A DNA stretch of 63,577 bases, filler included, from Octopus bimaculoides (Eukaryota): the NCBI RefSeq assembly GCF_001194135.2. It is 5 parts of 5 records of this genome, joined end to end, with 100 filler letters (N's around TTAATTAATTAA, not from the genome) between each part and the next. Parts side by side here need not be neighbours in the genome. Positions count along the whole stretch, not along the records: positions 21,546 to 51,978 come from NC_068983.1; positions 52,079 to 55,056 come from NC_069008.1; positions 55,157 to 61,415 come from NC_068985.1; positions 61,516 to 63,577 come from NC_068981.1; 1 more part is not named here. One strand, 5' to 3'. The notes under the pieces were generated by a model. It had not been told where the DNA came from and did not search any database. It saw only the letters and a program-made list of their open reading frames with translations. This document shows, piece by piece, positions 38,660 to 62,800 of the stretch. The position numbers and the translations under genes were made by a program. Position 1 is the stretch's first letter, and every line of letters begins with the position of its first letter.

Positions 38660-39211
38660 GTTGCATCTATAGAAATCCACACCTTACAAGATAGCAATTT
38701 GGGAGTCGCACCAATGGATTCCTCATGGTCGAAAATGCACGGAATCGGCCATTTATTATTTTTTTTCTTCTTCCTTCCTAGCAGGTGAATTTTTGCATTA
38801 AAAATAATTTTAAACCATAACAATTTTCAAGTTGGAGCATGAGTTAAGTCCCTTTCTAGCGACAGTGTAAAGAGAGACAGAGAGAGAGAAAGAAAGACAA
38901 TAGATTTTTAAAACTTCGTCTTTTTAGTGAGTGATACACACTATAAACGATATTCTCCGTTTCTCCACTACTAATTTCCAAATTTGCTGAATTCGTTGCT
39001 CTACTCATAGCGAGTAGACACAATCCTTCGCAAACGATCAGCTATTATTTTGTAAACAATGTTACGAAACTGTTCATGCTTTCGAAAGGATAGATCTGAC
39101 TCTCACATCTCTGCGGGAGAAGATAGTCCTCTCTATTCCTCTTACAAAATTTAGGTCCGGGTACCAAATTTGCCTCAATTGATGGTATTACTCAGGTAAT
39201 CTTAACTTCAT

Positions 39212-39240
39212 CCCGTGCGAAGCCGGGCTATAGTGCTAGT
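39212..39240 (+). mobile_element. Helitron-like 3' terminus
   Basis: GC-rich hairpin cccgtgcgaagccggg followed 8 nt later by CTAG|T. The 5' end was not identified. Confidence 0.55.
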
Positions 39241-39546
39241 ACTATATAAAGTGGAGATCGCAATTCGTAACAAATGGACACATTTTTATGTATTCTAACT
39301 TTGTTGTAGCAGACCATAAGCATATGAAACAGTATTGCTATGAAACTGCTGGAAATAAAATAACAATGTGTTATATTTGCAACAGTACAGTGAGTGTTGA
39401 TTGACCTATGGAAAATAGAGGCAAACTACACTTGTGTATCATAATTTAATAAGATTGTCACTTTATAATCCAAGTTGATGAAAACAACAAAACCATCATT
39501 AAAGTTCAAGCCTGTATTTTCAAAATTTAAGTCTTCTTAAACCCTT

Positions 39547-39611
<65 letters not shown>

Positions 39612-39926
39612 GCTCGGCTAGAAAGGGTGTTGCCCGAGTAACTAGGGCAACACCCCTGCGTCCGCCACTGTACTATAAAAAAAGAGTGGACGTAACACAT
39701 TCTAATTTCTCTTTTCCTATCAACCTGTCCCCTAGGAAATTATTATTTATGGCAGTAGATAAGTAAACTGAGTCACTGACGGCTTTCAAACCACTTTGAT
39801 TATATCAGTAATTTTCGGGGGAAAGGCATAAAAGTCACATTTTTCTATTTACTCTCTATTAAAATGTTCGTATTTCATGTCTATATAAGAATCATCATCA
39901 TTTATTTATTTATTTATTTATTTCAG

Positions 39927-49197
<9,271 letters not shown>

Positions 49198-50755
49198 GTA
49201 AGTGACACAATGAAAACTACAAGCCGCATATCTCTCAAAATCTATAAATTACTTATCATAGAGCCTCTCTGCAGAATCACTTCACATAATACGTATAGCA
49301 CTCAAACGTCCTTCAAATCACTGTCTACTATCTTAAAAGTGAATGGACACATTGAATAATCTAAACTAGCGGGATCCGTGAACATTTCACGGAATTAATG
49401 GTAAAAATTACTGGATTATTTCTGAAAACTGTATCTAAAAAGCATTAAAGCGTAGCCTGTATTGTGTCTGTAGCAAAAGATAGTCGTTCATATGCTAATC
49501 ATTGAAAAGTGAAGAAAATTGGAATGCGATGATTACTTAATGCACTTACATATACACTTTATATACTTTATACACAATTTTGTAGACTTAATACACAACA
49601 TTCTCCTTCATTCTCTCTCACTCAGCACCTTACCCTCTTTTTCTCTCTACTTCTTCTTTCGCGCTTCGCTTTTCCCTTCAACTAATCACGTGAAAGCGTT
49701 ACAGACGGGCTAAGTAACGGAGAAAAACAACTTAGTTTTTTAAAAAATTACACATTTCACTCANNNNNNNNNNNNNNNNNNNNNNNNNNNNNNNNNNNNN
49801 NNNNNNNNNNNNNNNNNNNNNNNNNNNNNNNNNNNNNNNNNNNNNNNNNNNNNNNNNNNNNNNNNNNNNNNNNNNNNNNNNNNNNNNNNNNNNNNNNNNN
49901 NNNNNNNNNNNNNNNNNNNNNNNNNNNNNNNNNNNNNNNNNNNNNNNNNNNNNNNNNNNNNNNNNNNNNNNNNNNNNNNNNNNNNNNNNNNNNNNNNNNN
50001 NNNNNNNNNNNNNNNNNNNNNNNNNNNNNNNNNNNNNNNNNNNNNNNNNNNNNNNNNNNNNNNNNNNNNNNNNNNNNNNNNNNNNNNNNNNNNNNNNNNN
50101 NNNNNNNNNNNNNNNNNNNNNNNNNNNNNNNNNNNNNNNNNNNNNNNNNNNNNNNNNNNNNNNNNNNNNNNNNNNNNNNNNNNNNNNNNNNNNNNNNNNN
50201 NNNNNNNNNNNNNNNNNNNNNNNNNNNNNNNNNNNNNNNNNNNNNNNNNNNNNNNNNNNNNNNNNNNNNNNNNNNNNNNNNNNNNNNNNNNNNNNNNNNN
50301 NNNNNNNNNNNNNNNNNNNNNNNNNNNNNNNNNNNNNNNNNNNNNNNNNNNNNNNNNNNNNNNNNNNNNNNNNNNNNNNNNNNNNNNNNNNNNNNNNNNN
50401 NNNNNNNNNNNNNNNNNNNNNNNNNNNNNNNNNNNNNNNNNNNNNNNNNNNNNNNNNNNNNNNNNNNNNNNNNNNNNNNNNNNNNNNNNNNNNNNNNNNN
50501 NNNNNNNNNNNNNNNNNNNNNNNNNNNNNNNNNNNNNNNNNNNNNNNNNNNNNNNNNNNNNNNNNNNNNNNNNNNNNNNNNNNNNNNNNNNNNNNNNNNN
50601 NNNNNNNNNNNNNNNNNNNNNNNNNNNNNNNNNNNNNNNNNNNNNNNNNNNNNNNNNNNNNNNNNNNNNNNNNNNNNNNNNNNNNNNNNNNNNNNNNNNN
50701 NNNNNNNNNNNNNNNNNNNNNNNNNNNNNNNNNNNNNNNNNNCATAACTCATCAA

Positions 50756-51147
50756 TTTGTTGTTGTTGGCACTCCGTCGCTTACGACGTCGAGGGTTCCA
50801 GTCGATCCGATCAACGGAACAGCCTGCTCGTGAAATTAACGTGCAAGTGGCTGAGTACTCCACAGACACGTGTACCCTTAACGTAGTTCTCGGGGATATT
50901 CAGCGTGACATAGTGTGACAAGGCTGACCCTTTGAATTACAGGCACAACAGAAACAGGAAGTAAGAATGAGAGAAAGTTGTGGTGGAAGAGTACAGCAGG
51001 GTTCGCCACCATCCCCTGCCGGAGCCTCGTGGTGCTTTTTATGTGTTTTCGCTCAATAAACACTCACAACGCCCGGTCTGGGAATTGAAACCGCGATCCT
51101 GTGACCGCGAGTCCACTACCCTAACCACTGGGCCATTGCGCCTCCAC
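50756..51147 (-). mobile_element. tRNA-derived SINE family B, copy 2
   Basis: Colinear and highly similar to 26228-26617. Confidence 0.9.
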
Positions 51148-52079
51148 TACTCTTCAATAACATTACACTATGTTCATATTCATGGCTACAATCACACTCA
51201 CGACAAGTGTATTATGGCGCCGTATATTAGTGGTGCATTTTTATTTCTAATTAATTGCATGCAACTTAATGCTTTAAAGAATAAAAAGTTTTGAATGGTA
51301 CAGGATACGCCACCAGTGTGCTTGAACTCATAGCTCATCCACACAACCATCTCACTTCTACAGCTGTTTCCAGAGATCACTTTATCCACGGTTATTACTC
51401 CCCAAAGTACTGGTCAATGAAAACACAGCATATCAAATATGTGGTCCATAACTTTTCGTAGAGTACAAAACAAGATGCAGATCAGAAAACCATCGCCAAC
51501 ATTGAAACGCCGGTCCTGGAGAACGAACCCGTAACCCATGGATTAGTAATTATTATCTTTGCTAAAATAAGGAGGCAGAATTCAGACATTTATGCCAATC
51601 CTTTTCTCACGTCGAGATGTTTGAAGAGAAACACAGATGGTAATGGCGGTGATGGTATCACGGGGGTGGTGGTAATAGTGACGTTTGTGTTAATGGTAGG
51701 AGGGCGTTGGTGGTAGTAATAATAGTGGTTACGATGGTTGTGAAGGCTGCGATGATAGTGGTGGTGATTGTGTAATAGTGATGATTGCAGAAATGGCGGT
51801 TAGGAAAGAGGTATGGTGGTGGTGGTGGTGGTGGTGGTGGTGGTGATGGTGGTGGTGGCATTGATAACTATGTGGATAGCCGTGTGATTATGGTAGAGCT
51901 GGTTGTCGTGTTGGTTTTGGTGTGCGTAAGTGTGTATGTGTATGTGTATGTGTATGCGTGTTCGCGTGCATAGTGTTGNNNNNNNNNNNNNNNNNNNNNN
52001 NNNNNNNNNNNNNNNNNNNNNNTTAATTAATTAANNNNNNNNNNNNNNNNNNNNNNNNNNNNNNNNNNNNNNNNNNNNA

Positions 52080-52821
52080 TTCACGCTACAAGCTCCAATA
52101 CAAGCATGAGTGTTGGGATGTCAATCTGAGGACATGTACCAAGTGTGATAAAAATCAGACATCCAGTCAACATCATGGTGTTTGGAGTGATCATTAGTGA
52201 TGCTGAGGTTATGCCTCCATTCGTCTTCTCACACGGCCTTACACCCAACACAGAGGCCTACATCAAGTGTCTGGAGAAGGTAGTGCTGCCCTGGGTCAAG
52301 AGGGNNNNNNNNNNNNNNNNNNNNNNNNNNNNNNNNNNNNNNNNNNNNNNNNNNNNNNNNNNNNNNNNNNNNNNNNNNNNNNNNNNNNNNNNNNNNNNNN
52401 NNNNNNNNNNNNNNNTTCTGCGACCACATCACCCCTAACATCTGGCCACCTACCTCCCCAGACTGTAATCCCCTTGATTATTATGTGTGGGACACAGTTG
52501 AGTGAGGGACCAACAAAACTCCTTGTAACATCAAAGATGAACTGAAAGCAAAGAATATGGCAGCATTCACCAACTTAAACAAGGAGACTGTCCAGAAGAA
52601 TTGCANNNNNNNNNNGCATTCACCAACTTAAACAAGGAGACTGTCCAGAAGAATTGCAGGAGATTGAAGCCAATGGTGATTTTATTGAATAAATGTACTC
52701 TTTAGTATTTCAAGATATTTNNNNNNNNNNGTAATTTTGCTAAATATATCCATTAAAATGAGATGTCAGTGTTATTTTCATTTTTGCATAATTTAGACAG
52801 CAGTTTATTCACAGTGCCCTG
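52080..52821 (+). mobile_element. Tc1/mariner-superfamily transposon 3' half
   Basis: HPVNIMVFGVI..MPPF.F..LNTEAYIKCLEKVVLPWV and WPPTSPDCNPLDYYVW. Right end ...ttattcacagtgccctg|TA. Confidence 0.85.
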
Positions 52822-52902
52822 TATATGTATGTGTGTGTGTATATGTGTGTGTGNNNNNNNNNNNNNNNNNNNNNNNNNNNNNNNNNNNNNNNNNNNNNNN
52901 NN

Positions 52903-52935
<33 letters not shown>

Positions 52936-55561
52936 GATATATATATACAGATATATATAAAGAGTGAGTAGACACACAAAAGAAAAAAGTACTCAACACA
53001 TTTAGTAGGAGTTACATATATTATTTAAAATAGTTTGATTCAGCTACATATGGTTTAAAGTTTGGTGGACTTCTGTTAGAGGCCCGCAAAACTTTAAGTT
53101 GCATGGAGCCAAATCAAGCTGTTTTAAATAATACACACACACATATATAGGTATATATTAGCATGGTGTAGTTTGAAAGAAGCCTTTATTGTTTTCATAT
53201 TTAACCCTTTAGCATTCAGATTACTCTGTTAAATGTTCAGCTTATTTATTCCCATTGTTTTGAATTAATCATGCATTNNNNNNNNNNTCATAGCTTTGAA
53301 ATTTCGATGATGTGATTACTTAATTTTAGAATGTCAATGTAGGTTAGGTGTGAGAGGCTAGATCTGGCCAGTTTGAACTTAAAACATGTAGAATATTTGG
53401 GCCGNNNNNNNNNNNNNNNNNNNNNNNNNNNNNNNNNNNNNNNNNNNNNNNNNNNNNNNNNNNNNNAAAAACCTTTAGAAGTGAAAGCAGAAGGGAGGAA
53501 GAGAAAATACTAGCTTGTACTTTACCTTATATTTCTATATTTTGAGGCGAATATCCCTTCATCATGAAGAAGTAGACGATGATGTTGAGATGGTAATATT
53601 TTTTTCCAGATCTACCCCATGCAAGTTCTTATCTGCTGTTGATCAATGGCTTCNNNNNNNNNNNNNNNNNNNNNNNNNNNNNNNNNTGTTATGCTCTGTT
53701 GCCTTGATAGCAACCATAAAGTCCTGAATGTTGGTGTGTTCCAGGTATTTTCTGATTCATATATTTGTCTGTACGTAGTCATTAGACTGCAGCCATACTG
53801 GGGCACTGCTTGAAGAGTTTTTAGTTGGATGAATCTACCTCAGTACTTATTTTTGGTACTTATTCTATTGCCCTCTTTTTGATTAGCCACTACGTTNNNN
53901 NNNNNNTATTTTTGGTACTTATTCTATTGCCCTCTTTTTGATTAGCCACTACGTTATAGGGATGTAAACACACCAACACTGGTTGTGAAGCTGTGGTGGG
54001 GGAGAAACACAGACACANNNNNNNNNNNNNNNNNNNNNNNNNNNNNNNNNNNNNNNNNNNNNNNNNNNNNNNNNNNNNNNNNNNNNNNNNNNNNNNNNNN
54101 NNNNNNNNNNNNNNNNNNNNNNNNNNNNNNNNNNNNNNNNNNNNNNNNNNNNNNNNNNNNNNNNNNNNNNNNNNNNNNNNNNNNNNNNACGGTCAGATTA
54201 GATAATGTGGTCCTACATACACTAATCTGAATAAAAGACTGGATGGTCACGGCTGGACTGTCTTTAATTATGAGTACACTTGATCAAAACCGACTTGAGA
54301 CTATACAACCAGAGCCAGAATAACAATGAAAACAAATGTCACATTGAATAGTGTAGTCCTTGGTACACCATGTCTGAATAAAAGATGGGATGGTCACAGG
54401 TGGAAAAACCTTTAATTATAAAACCAATGCAATCTGAGAGGACCTGAAGAAGTAAATCAACAACGAGAACAAAGGTTACATTACAAAATGTAATCCTTGG
54501 TATATTATGACAGGATGAGACAAGATGGTGAAAGCATGGTGCAGGGTACAAAGTCATACTTGTTTACAGGTGACAGCTATGGGTTTTTTTTTTCTTTACA
54601 TAACTCATACACAATTCATATATATGGAAAACAGACATTAAACAATGACAATGAACACAGGGCAGAATGGTCACATCTGGAATGACTGCATTGNNNNNNN
54701 NNNNNNNNNNNNNNNNNNNNNNNNNNNNNNNNNNNNNNNNNNNNNNNNNNNNNNNNNNNNNNNNNNNNNNNNNNNNNNNNNNNNNNNNNNNNNNNNNNNN
54801 NNNNNNNNNNNNNNNNTATATATATGTATGTATGTATGTATGTATATAGCAAATGAAAGATGGAAGATGGACCGTACGAGAAATTATTATTAATCACGAC
54901 AATTGTTTCGACACACCTAGCATCAATCCCTCATGGGTGAGACATTCAACAACTGGTTCAGGGGCATCTGGCGGTGCAGATGTATCTCATCGGGTGATAA
55001 ATAAATACGGAAGGGCATCCAGCTGTAGAAACTTTGCCAGATCAGATTGGAGCCTGNNNNNNNNNNNNNNNNNNNNNNNNNNNNNNNNNNNNNNNNNNNN
55101 TTAATTAATTAANNNNNNNNNNNNNNNNNNNNNNNNNNNNNNNNNNNNNNNNNNNNTATATATATATATATATATATCTTTTAAATTTGTTTACGGAAAA
55201 GCCCCTATTCCATTATGCTGGCCACAGTCTAATAATGCTGTTTTGGGATTTGCATCGAGCTGTAACGATATAATGTAGGATAAATATGATAATAAAAATA
55301 ACAATAATCCTTGGATGGAACTTATAAACATTTAATGCATCGCTACGCAGTCTGTATTCCTAGGATGGTTACGGTGTAGTCCCTAGAATCCGTGGGCATC
55401 AGATTGATCATCTTTATGGATTCATTTCTTCAGGCGATATAACATTAACGGATGTACAACAGAGGGATGCGTATCCCTTTTGACCAATATGAAGGTTAAC
55501 TAAGTTCTGTAAGTATTTCTGCATGTATTTGGTATATATATATTATATATTATATATTATG

Positions 55562-55688
55562 CAGAGTGTCCACAAAGTCTGGGTACATGGGGATTAACAC
55601 ATTCTTTAAGAAATTATTATTTCTTATATTTAATTGTTTATGTTATGATTTTATTTACTCCATGTACCCAGACCTTGTGGACACCCTG
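55562..55688. mobile_element. Tc1/mariner-type MITE (127 nt)
   Basis: 29-nt TIRs cagagtgtccacaaagtctgggtacatgg / ccatgtacccagaccttgtggacaccctg (2 mismatches), TA on the right flank. Confidence 0.85.
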
Positions 55689-56256
55689 TATATTACTCTA
55701 ACAGTTTAGGGATGGGATTAAGGGCCCATAACTTTCCAATAATGTAGAAAAACTCGAAGATCAATGAAGAGCAGATGTGAATGCATTTAAAAAGTAAACG
55801 AATTTTTATTTGAGATATGTGAACCCACATCACGGCAAAATTGAGTCGACAAAGATGACGTTGCCCAACTCTGTCGTTCGCCAAACGGAAACACAGAGAG
55901 AAAACCGTAGAAATGAAATGAAATAAATTGCAAATCGCACCAACTGTGGTACCCCAGCATGGTTACATGGGAACACATAAATGTGTGTGTGTGTGTGTGC
56001 GTGTGTGTAAATTATTAAGGTGGCTATTCGCAATTTACAACCAAAAGTACAATCGTCACTAATAGAGTAAAAGCGCAAGACAACACCAGCGTTGCTAGAA
56101 ATAAGAATCAAAGCAACTCTTAGCCACGGTGTGTGGTGAAGTGTACGTATATACGGATGTATATGTATATGTATAATACATAGTCATGCGTTTATATATA
56201 TATATATGCATACATACATGTATGTGTGTATGTATGTATGATATACATGTGTGTGT

Positions 56257-56310
<54 letters not shown>

Positions 56311-56904
56311 AAATGTATGTATGTATGTATATCTCTGAGCACATGTGTGGAAGGAAACAGAATTAAAGGCCTATGATAGGTCCACTACATCTTCACAATG
56401 TATTTAGACTGAGAATATTAAGAACAACAATACAAATTCAAATAACAGTTTCAATAACCTCACTAAAAAAAATAATAACTGGGGAGACATTTTCTAGAAA
56501 CAGAAAACCCTTCTCTTATAAAGGCAGAAATTTGTTACTTTGGGTTACAAGCGCCCAAAATACACAAACCAAAGTTACTTCACTTATTTTAGAAATGTCA
56601 TAAGCGATATGTCTACTAATTCATTTAATCCACACATGGTCTTTGTGTATGGATAAATTACCCAAAGCTTTGCAAACTTGAACATCAGACTGGATATATA
56701 GTTATAGTACCGGCTACCTAATGAGTCTTTGTGCACTCTCAGCAATTAGGTATCTCGCTTAAAATGAAATAAGAATGTGTTTCATTGAAGAGCTTGTAAT
56801 ATTCACGTGAAGTATGAAAATACGTATTGATTAGAGTAGGTAAGGTAATGGTTACGTGTGTGTACGCATTTAAATATAGAGTGGATTAAATCAAATATTT
56901 TCCC

Positions 56905-57360
56905 CTTTTATAGGCACCGGCCTGGCTGTGTCGTAAGAAGCTTGCTCCCCAACCACATGGGTCCGGATTCAGTTCCACTGCATGGCATCTTGGACAAGTG
57001 TCTTTTACTATAGCCTCGAGTTGACCAAAGCCTTGTGAGTAAATTTGGTAGATGGAAACTGAAAGAAGCTCGTCGAATATGTGTATGTATGTGTACATAC
57101 GTGTGTGTGTATCTACGTGTGAGTGTGCACCTACGCGTGTGTGTCTTTGTGTCTTTGTGTCTGTGTTTGTCCCCCATCACCGCTTGACAACCGGTAATGG
57201 TGTGCTTACGTCCCCATAACTTAGCAGTCACGAGACAAAAGAGACTGACAGAATAAATACTAGGCTTAAAAAATAAGCTTTGGGGTCGATTTGTTCGACT
57301 AAAACCCCTTCAAAGTGGTGCTCCAGCATGGCTGTAGTCAAATGGCTGAAACAAATAAAG
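56905..57360 (+). mobile_element. tRNA-derived SINE family C copy
   Basis: gcttgct...caaccacatg..tccgg.ttcagt.ccactgc head, internal (GT)-rich microsatellite. Relatives at 58269-58690, 23770-23880, 21755-21905(-) and 61185-61340. Confidence 0.8.
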
Positions 57361-58268
57361 GAATAAAAGAATATTTAGTATTATTGCTTGTTTAATCGAT
57401 AAACCCCGTTCTTTCACGATGGGCCACACAATGGGCCGTCCTTAGAAGGTTTCAGTAAAATACCACATTGTTTACGAGAAGTGCNNNNNNNNNNNNNNNN
57501 NNNNNNNNNNNNNNNNNNNNNNNNNNNNNNNNNNNNNNNNNNNNNNNNNNNNNNNNNNNNNNNNNNNNNNNNNNNNNNNNNNNNNNNNNNNNNNNNNNNN
57601 NNNNNNNNNNNNNNNNNNNNNNNNNNNNNNNNNNNNNNNNNNNNNNNNNNNNNNNNNNNNNNNNNNNNNNNNNNNNNNNNNNNNNNNNNNNNNNNNNNNN
57701 NNNNNNNNNNNNNNNNNNNNNNNNNNNNNNNNNNNNNNNNNNNNNNNNNNNNNNNNNNNNNNNNNNNNNNNNNNNNNNNNNNNNNNNNNNNNNNNNNNNN
57801 NNNNNNNNNNNNNNNNNNNNNNNNNNNNNNNNNNNNNNNNNNNNNNNNNNNNNNNNNNNNNNNNNNNNNNNNNNNNNNNNNNNNNNNNNNNNNNNNNNNN
57901 NNNNNNNNNNNNNNNNNNNNNNNNNNNNNNNNNNNNNNNNNNNNNNNNNNNNNNNNNNNNNNNNNNNNNNNNNNNNNNNNNNNNNNNNNNNNNNNNNNNN
58001 NNNNNNNNNNNNNNNNNNNNNNNNNNNNNNNNNNNNNNNNNNNNNNNNNNNNNNNNNNNNNNNNNNNNNNNNNNNNNNNNNNNNNNNNNNNNNNNNNNNN
58101 NNNNNNNNNNNNNNNNNNNNNNNNNNNNNNNNNNNNNNNNNNNNNNNNNNNNNNNNNNNNNNNNNNNNNNNNNNNNNNNNNNNNNNNNNNNNNNNNNNNN
58201 NNNNNNNNNNNNNNNNNNNNNNNNNNNNNNNNNNNNNNNNNNNNNNNNNNNNNNNNNNNNNNNNNNNN

Positions 58269-58690
58269 GTGGTAAGTAGCTTGCTTACGAACCACATGGT
58301 TCCGGGTTCAGTCCCACTGCGTCGCACCTTGGGCAAGTATCTTCTACTATAGCCTCGAGCCGACCAAAGCCTTGTGAGTAAATTTGGTAGATGGAAACTG
58401 AAAGAAGCTCGTCGAATATGTGTATGTATGTGTACATACGTGTGTGTGTATCTACGTGTGAGTGTGCACCTACGCGTGTGTGTCTTTGTGTCTTTGTGTC
58501 TGTGTTTGTCCCCCCAACATCGCTTGACAACCGATGCTGGTGTGTTTACGTCCCTGTAACTTAGCGGTTCGGCAAAAGAGACCGATAGAATAAGTACTAG
58601 GCTTGCAAAGAATAAGTTCTGGGGTCGATTTGCTCGACTAAAGGCGGTGCTCCACAGTCAAATGAGTGAAACAAGTAAAAGAGTAAAAGA
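58269..58690 (+). mobile_element. tRNA-derived SINE family C copy
   Basis: gtggtaagtagcttgcttacgaaccacatggttccgggttcagtcccactgcg head; colinear with 56905-57360. Confidence 0.8.
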
Positions 58691-58959
58691 GTATATATGT
58701 TGTATATATTTTAATCGAATTGTACTTGGGCATGAAAATTTTAATTTTTAAAAAATTCCCAAACTTTTGGCTACTAATTCAATGAGTAAGTAATAAATTT
58801 GACTGAACAGCCGACTCCTCATCATTGAGACCGACGGAGACTCATTGGGTAAACGGGTGAGAGAAGTGAAAAGAAATGTCTTCAAACGGGATTGATATCA
58901 TTCAATGCTCTCTATTCGTCGGAGTCCTACTTCTTGTGTTAGGTTTGCTATCTTTTTAA

Positions 58960-59645
<686 letters not shown>

Positions 59646-59897
59646 GAATAACTGGTACGTCACACGTATTTAGAAGAGCATTGTCGCAGTGAATTTTCTT
59701 TCTTTTTTCTCCCTTTACTTTCTTTGTTTTCTGGTTTCATTTTTTCTTCCTTTCTTTTTTCTCTTTGTCTTTCTTCCTCTTTTTTGTTTTCTATCTGGTG
59801 TGTTTATTCTAATGGCCTACTAATGTATACAGTGAGTTTCTTTGCTGTAGGTGTAGGTAAGGCACTCGTCAAGAAATGGAAACAATATTGAAAGAAG

Positions 59898-59943
<46 letters not shown>

Positions 59944-60588
59944 TAATAATAATAATAATAACAACAACAACAACAACAACAATAACGACGACGATGGCAA
60001 CAACAACAGATAAATAAATAAATGCTGAAGCCTGACTGAAATTTGAACCAGAATCCCAATATATATGAAACCTTAATCTGCACTCTGTCATTTTGTGCAA
60101 TTCATTCTTAATTGTAAGTTCTGTTATGCAATGTGTTATATAATTTGGAATGATTAAAGCATTTACGCGTTGTCTAGCAATGGCAGTGGAGTTGTTGGAG
60201 GCGCTGATAGCCATTCTGGTGGTAGGGGATGGTTTTGGGGAGCTGGCTTCTATTGGAGCGGCTGCGGTGGGTAATGGAGACGGTATTCTGCTGTAGGACT
60301 AGATTAAGACCACAGGGAAATCGATCTTTATTTTTTTTACAATGAGGTGTGATCAGCATTTGAAAGAGTGCCACACGCACTCTGTGCCATGCCACATACA
60401 AAACAACAGGCAAACACAGACTTACACAAGGTTTTGCTACATAACACATCGAGCCGCCATATCTTCCATTTCCTTTCTTCTTTTCTTTTTCTCTTTCATT
60501 CTTTCTTTCTTTATTTATTTATTTGTTTCCTTTTTATGTCCGACTTGGGAATTTATTGTTTATTTATTTAGCTATTTACTTATGATTT

Positions 60589-60644
<56 letters not shown>

Positions 60645-60655
60645 ATTCGTCGTCA

Positions 60656-60706
<51 letters not shown>

Positions 60707-60707
60707 T

Positions 60708-60747
<40 letters not shown>

Positions 60748-61346
60748 CCATCATCAACATCATCATCATCATTATTATTATTATTATTACTACTACTATT
60801 ATTATTATTTTATGATACTTTTGTCAAGTTCCAAATGTAACGGCGGTGATTGTGGCGATGGTGGTGGTGATNNNNNNNNNNNNNNNNNNNNNNNNNNNNN
60901 NNNNNNNNNNNNNNNNNNNNNGGGGGGGGGGTGTTCGTATTGGCTGGAGTCGGCAATGCCAGACCGAGGTGAGAAGACTAAATAAACAGTGAGTTTGAAA
61001 GATCTATCATATTGTAACTGTACTATCACCTCGTGGCCCCGCCATCAAAACTTACTACCACCCTTACACCTTTATTCTCACACTTTCTCAAATAAGTGAT
61101 CGAGTCACAAACATACACACATCCATATATGCACACATTCTGTCGTTCAAAAGTATATGTGAATTCTTTTCTTTTTTCTTTTTGTTTCAATCATTTGACT
61201 GCGTCCATGCTGGAGCAGCGCCTTTAGTCGAACAAATCCGCCCCCTAGGACTTATTCTTTGTAAGCCTAGTAACCGTTAAGTTACAGGGACATAAACACA
61301 CCAGCATCGGTTGTCAAGCGATGGCGGGGTTGGGACAAACACACAC

Positions 61347-61382
<36 letters not shown>

Positions 61383-61579
61383 GCACACACACACTCACAC
61401 ATATGTGTATATATANNNNNNNNNNNNNNNNNNNNNNNNNNNNNNNNNNNNNNNNNNNNTTAATTAATTAANNNNNNNNNNNNNNNNNNNNNNNNNNNNN
61501 NNNNNNNNNNNNNNNGTTTTATACCTGTTTCCTCTATCCATCTATTCAAATCTTTAGGGATAGTTCCCAATGTACCTAT

Positions 61580-61664
<85 letters not shown>

Positions 61665-61675
61665 GTTATTGTTAT

Positions 61676-61980
61676 TGTGAAGACGCATGACCTAGTGGTT
61701 AGGGTTTACACTCACGATCACGAGGTCGTAGTTTCAATTCCTAGACCGGATAGTGCGTTGTGTTCTTGAGCAAAGCACGTTATCTCATGTTGCTCAGTGA
61801 TCACTTCGACACCTGACGCGTGTTACACCGTGCACCTGTTCCAGCAACATCGATTTAATGAAGGTAATGAACTATTGTACAGCACATCCGAATACATTTG
61901 ATCACTATAAGCGAATCCTTTGTGCAGGTCGTTCGGTAAAATGCTGAACAGTCATACGTCGTGTTCGACAGGAGAGTCGA
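61676..61980 (+). mobile_element. Degraded tRNA-derived SINE
   Basis: gtgaagacgcatgacctagtggttaggg...gtttcaattcctagacc head related to family B; different body. Confidence 0.6.
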
Positions 61981-62537
61981 TCATTATTATTATTATTATT
62001 ATTACATAACATCACATCTGTGTTGCTGAAGACGTATCGGGAAAAGTTGCGAGAATATATATAAAAAAAGCAGTAATTGACACACCAATCAATTATTTAA
62101 AACAGCAAAAAGAGAAAAAAAAAACTGAACGGTGTAGGCTGATTACTGAAAAACACTTAACAAAAACACACATATGAATACTGAAGATATTTCATATAAA
62201 CAAGACTTCAGTATTCAGAAATTATGTCAGTCAAGCCATGTCGCAATGGAAAAGCACGGGAAAACTGGTAGCCATGAAGATAAGAACATATATCCAGAAG
62301 ACAGATTAAGAAGAAACGAATATATTCCCACAAGAAACGGTATTTTTCAAAGAAATTGTGTATCTGCTCCGCAGTTCTTCCAGTGTAGCTTCGACTCTTT
62401 TAACTAACTGAAAGCCATCAACGTTCGTAAACGCTTTGGAAAAATTTTAAAGCATCTCTCTCTCTCTCTCTCTCTCTCTCTNNNNNNNNNNNNNNNNNNN
62501 NNNNNNNNNNNNNNNNNNNNNNNNNNNNNNNNNNNNN

Positions 62538-62586
<49 letters not shown>

Positions 62587-62745
62587 CACACACACACATG
62601 GAATATTGAGACAACGTATTTCCTTGGTTATTTCTATCTATAATCCTTTGGTTGTTATCCTCATTTGAGGATTTTGTTCCGTTTCTCTATCTACTTTTCG
62701 CCTTGCTATTATGTCGTGTTCTGTCTATGTTATTGCTATTATTAC

Positions 62746-62799
<54 letters not shown>

Positions 62800-62800
<1 letters not shown>

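Noticed and set aside
38714-38784. MDSSWSKMHGIGHLLFFFFFLPS as a signal-peptide exon
   Set aside because: The only donor (AG|gtgaat) is phase 2, incompatible with the phase-0 acceptor at 39927.
60170-60300. GC-rich segment with Gly-rich or hydrophobic frames
   Set aside because: No convincing splice sites or recognisable motif; looks like decayed (GGT)n low-complexity sequence. Not a DSL exon.
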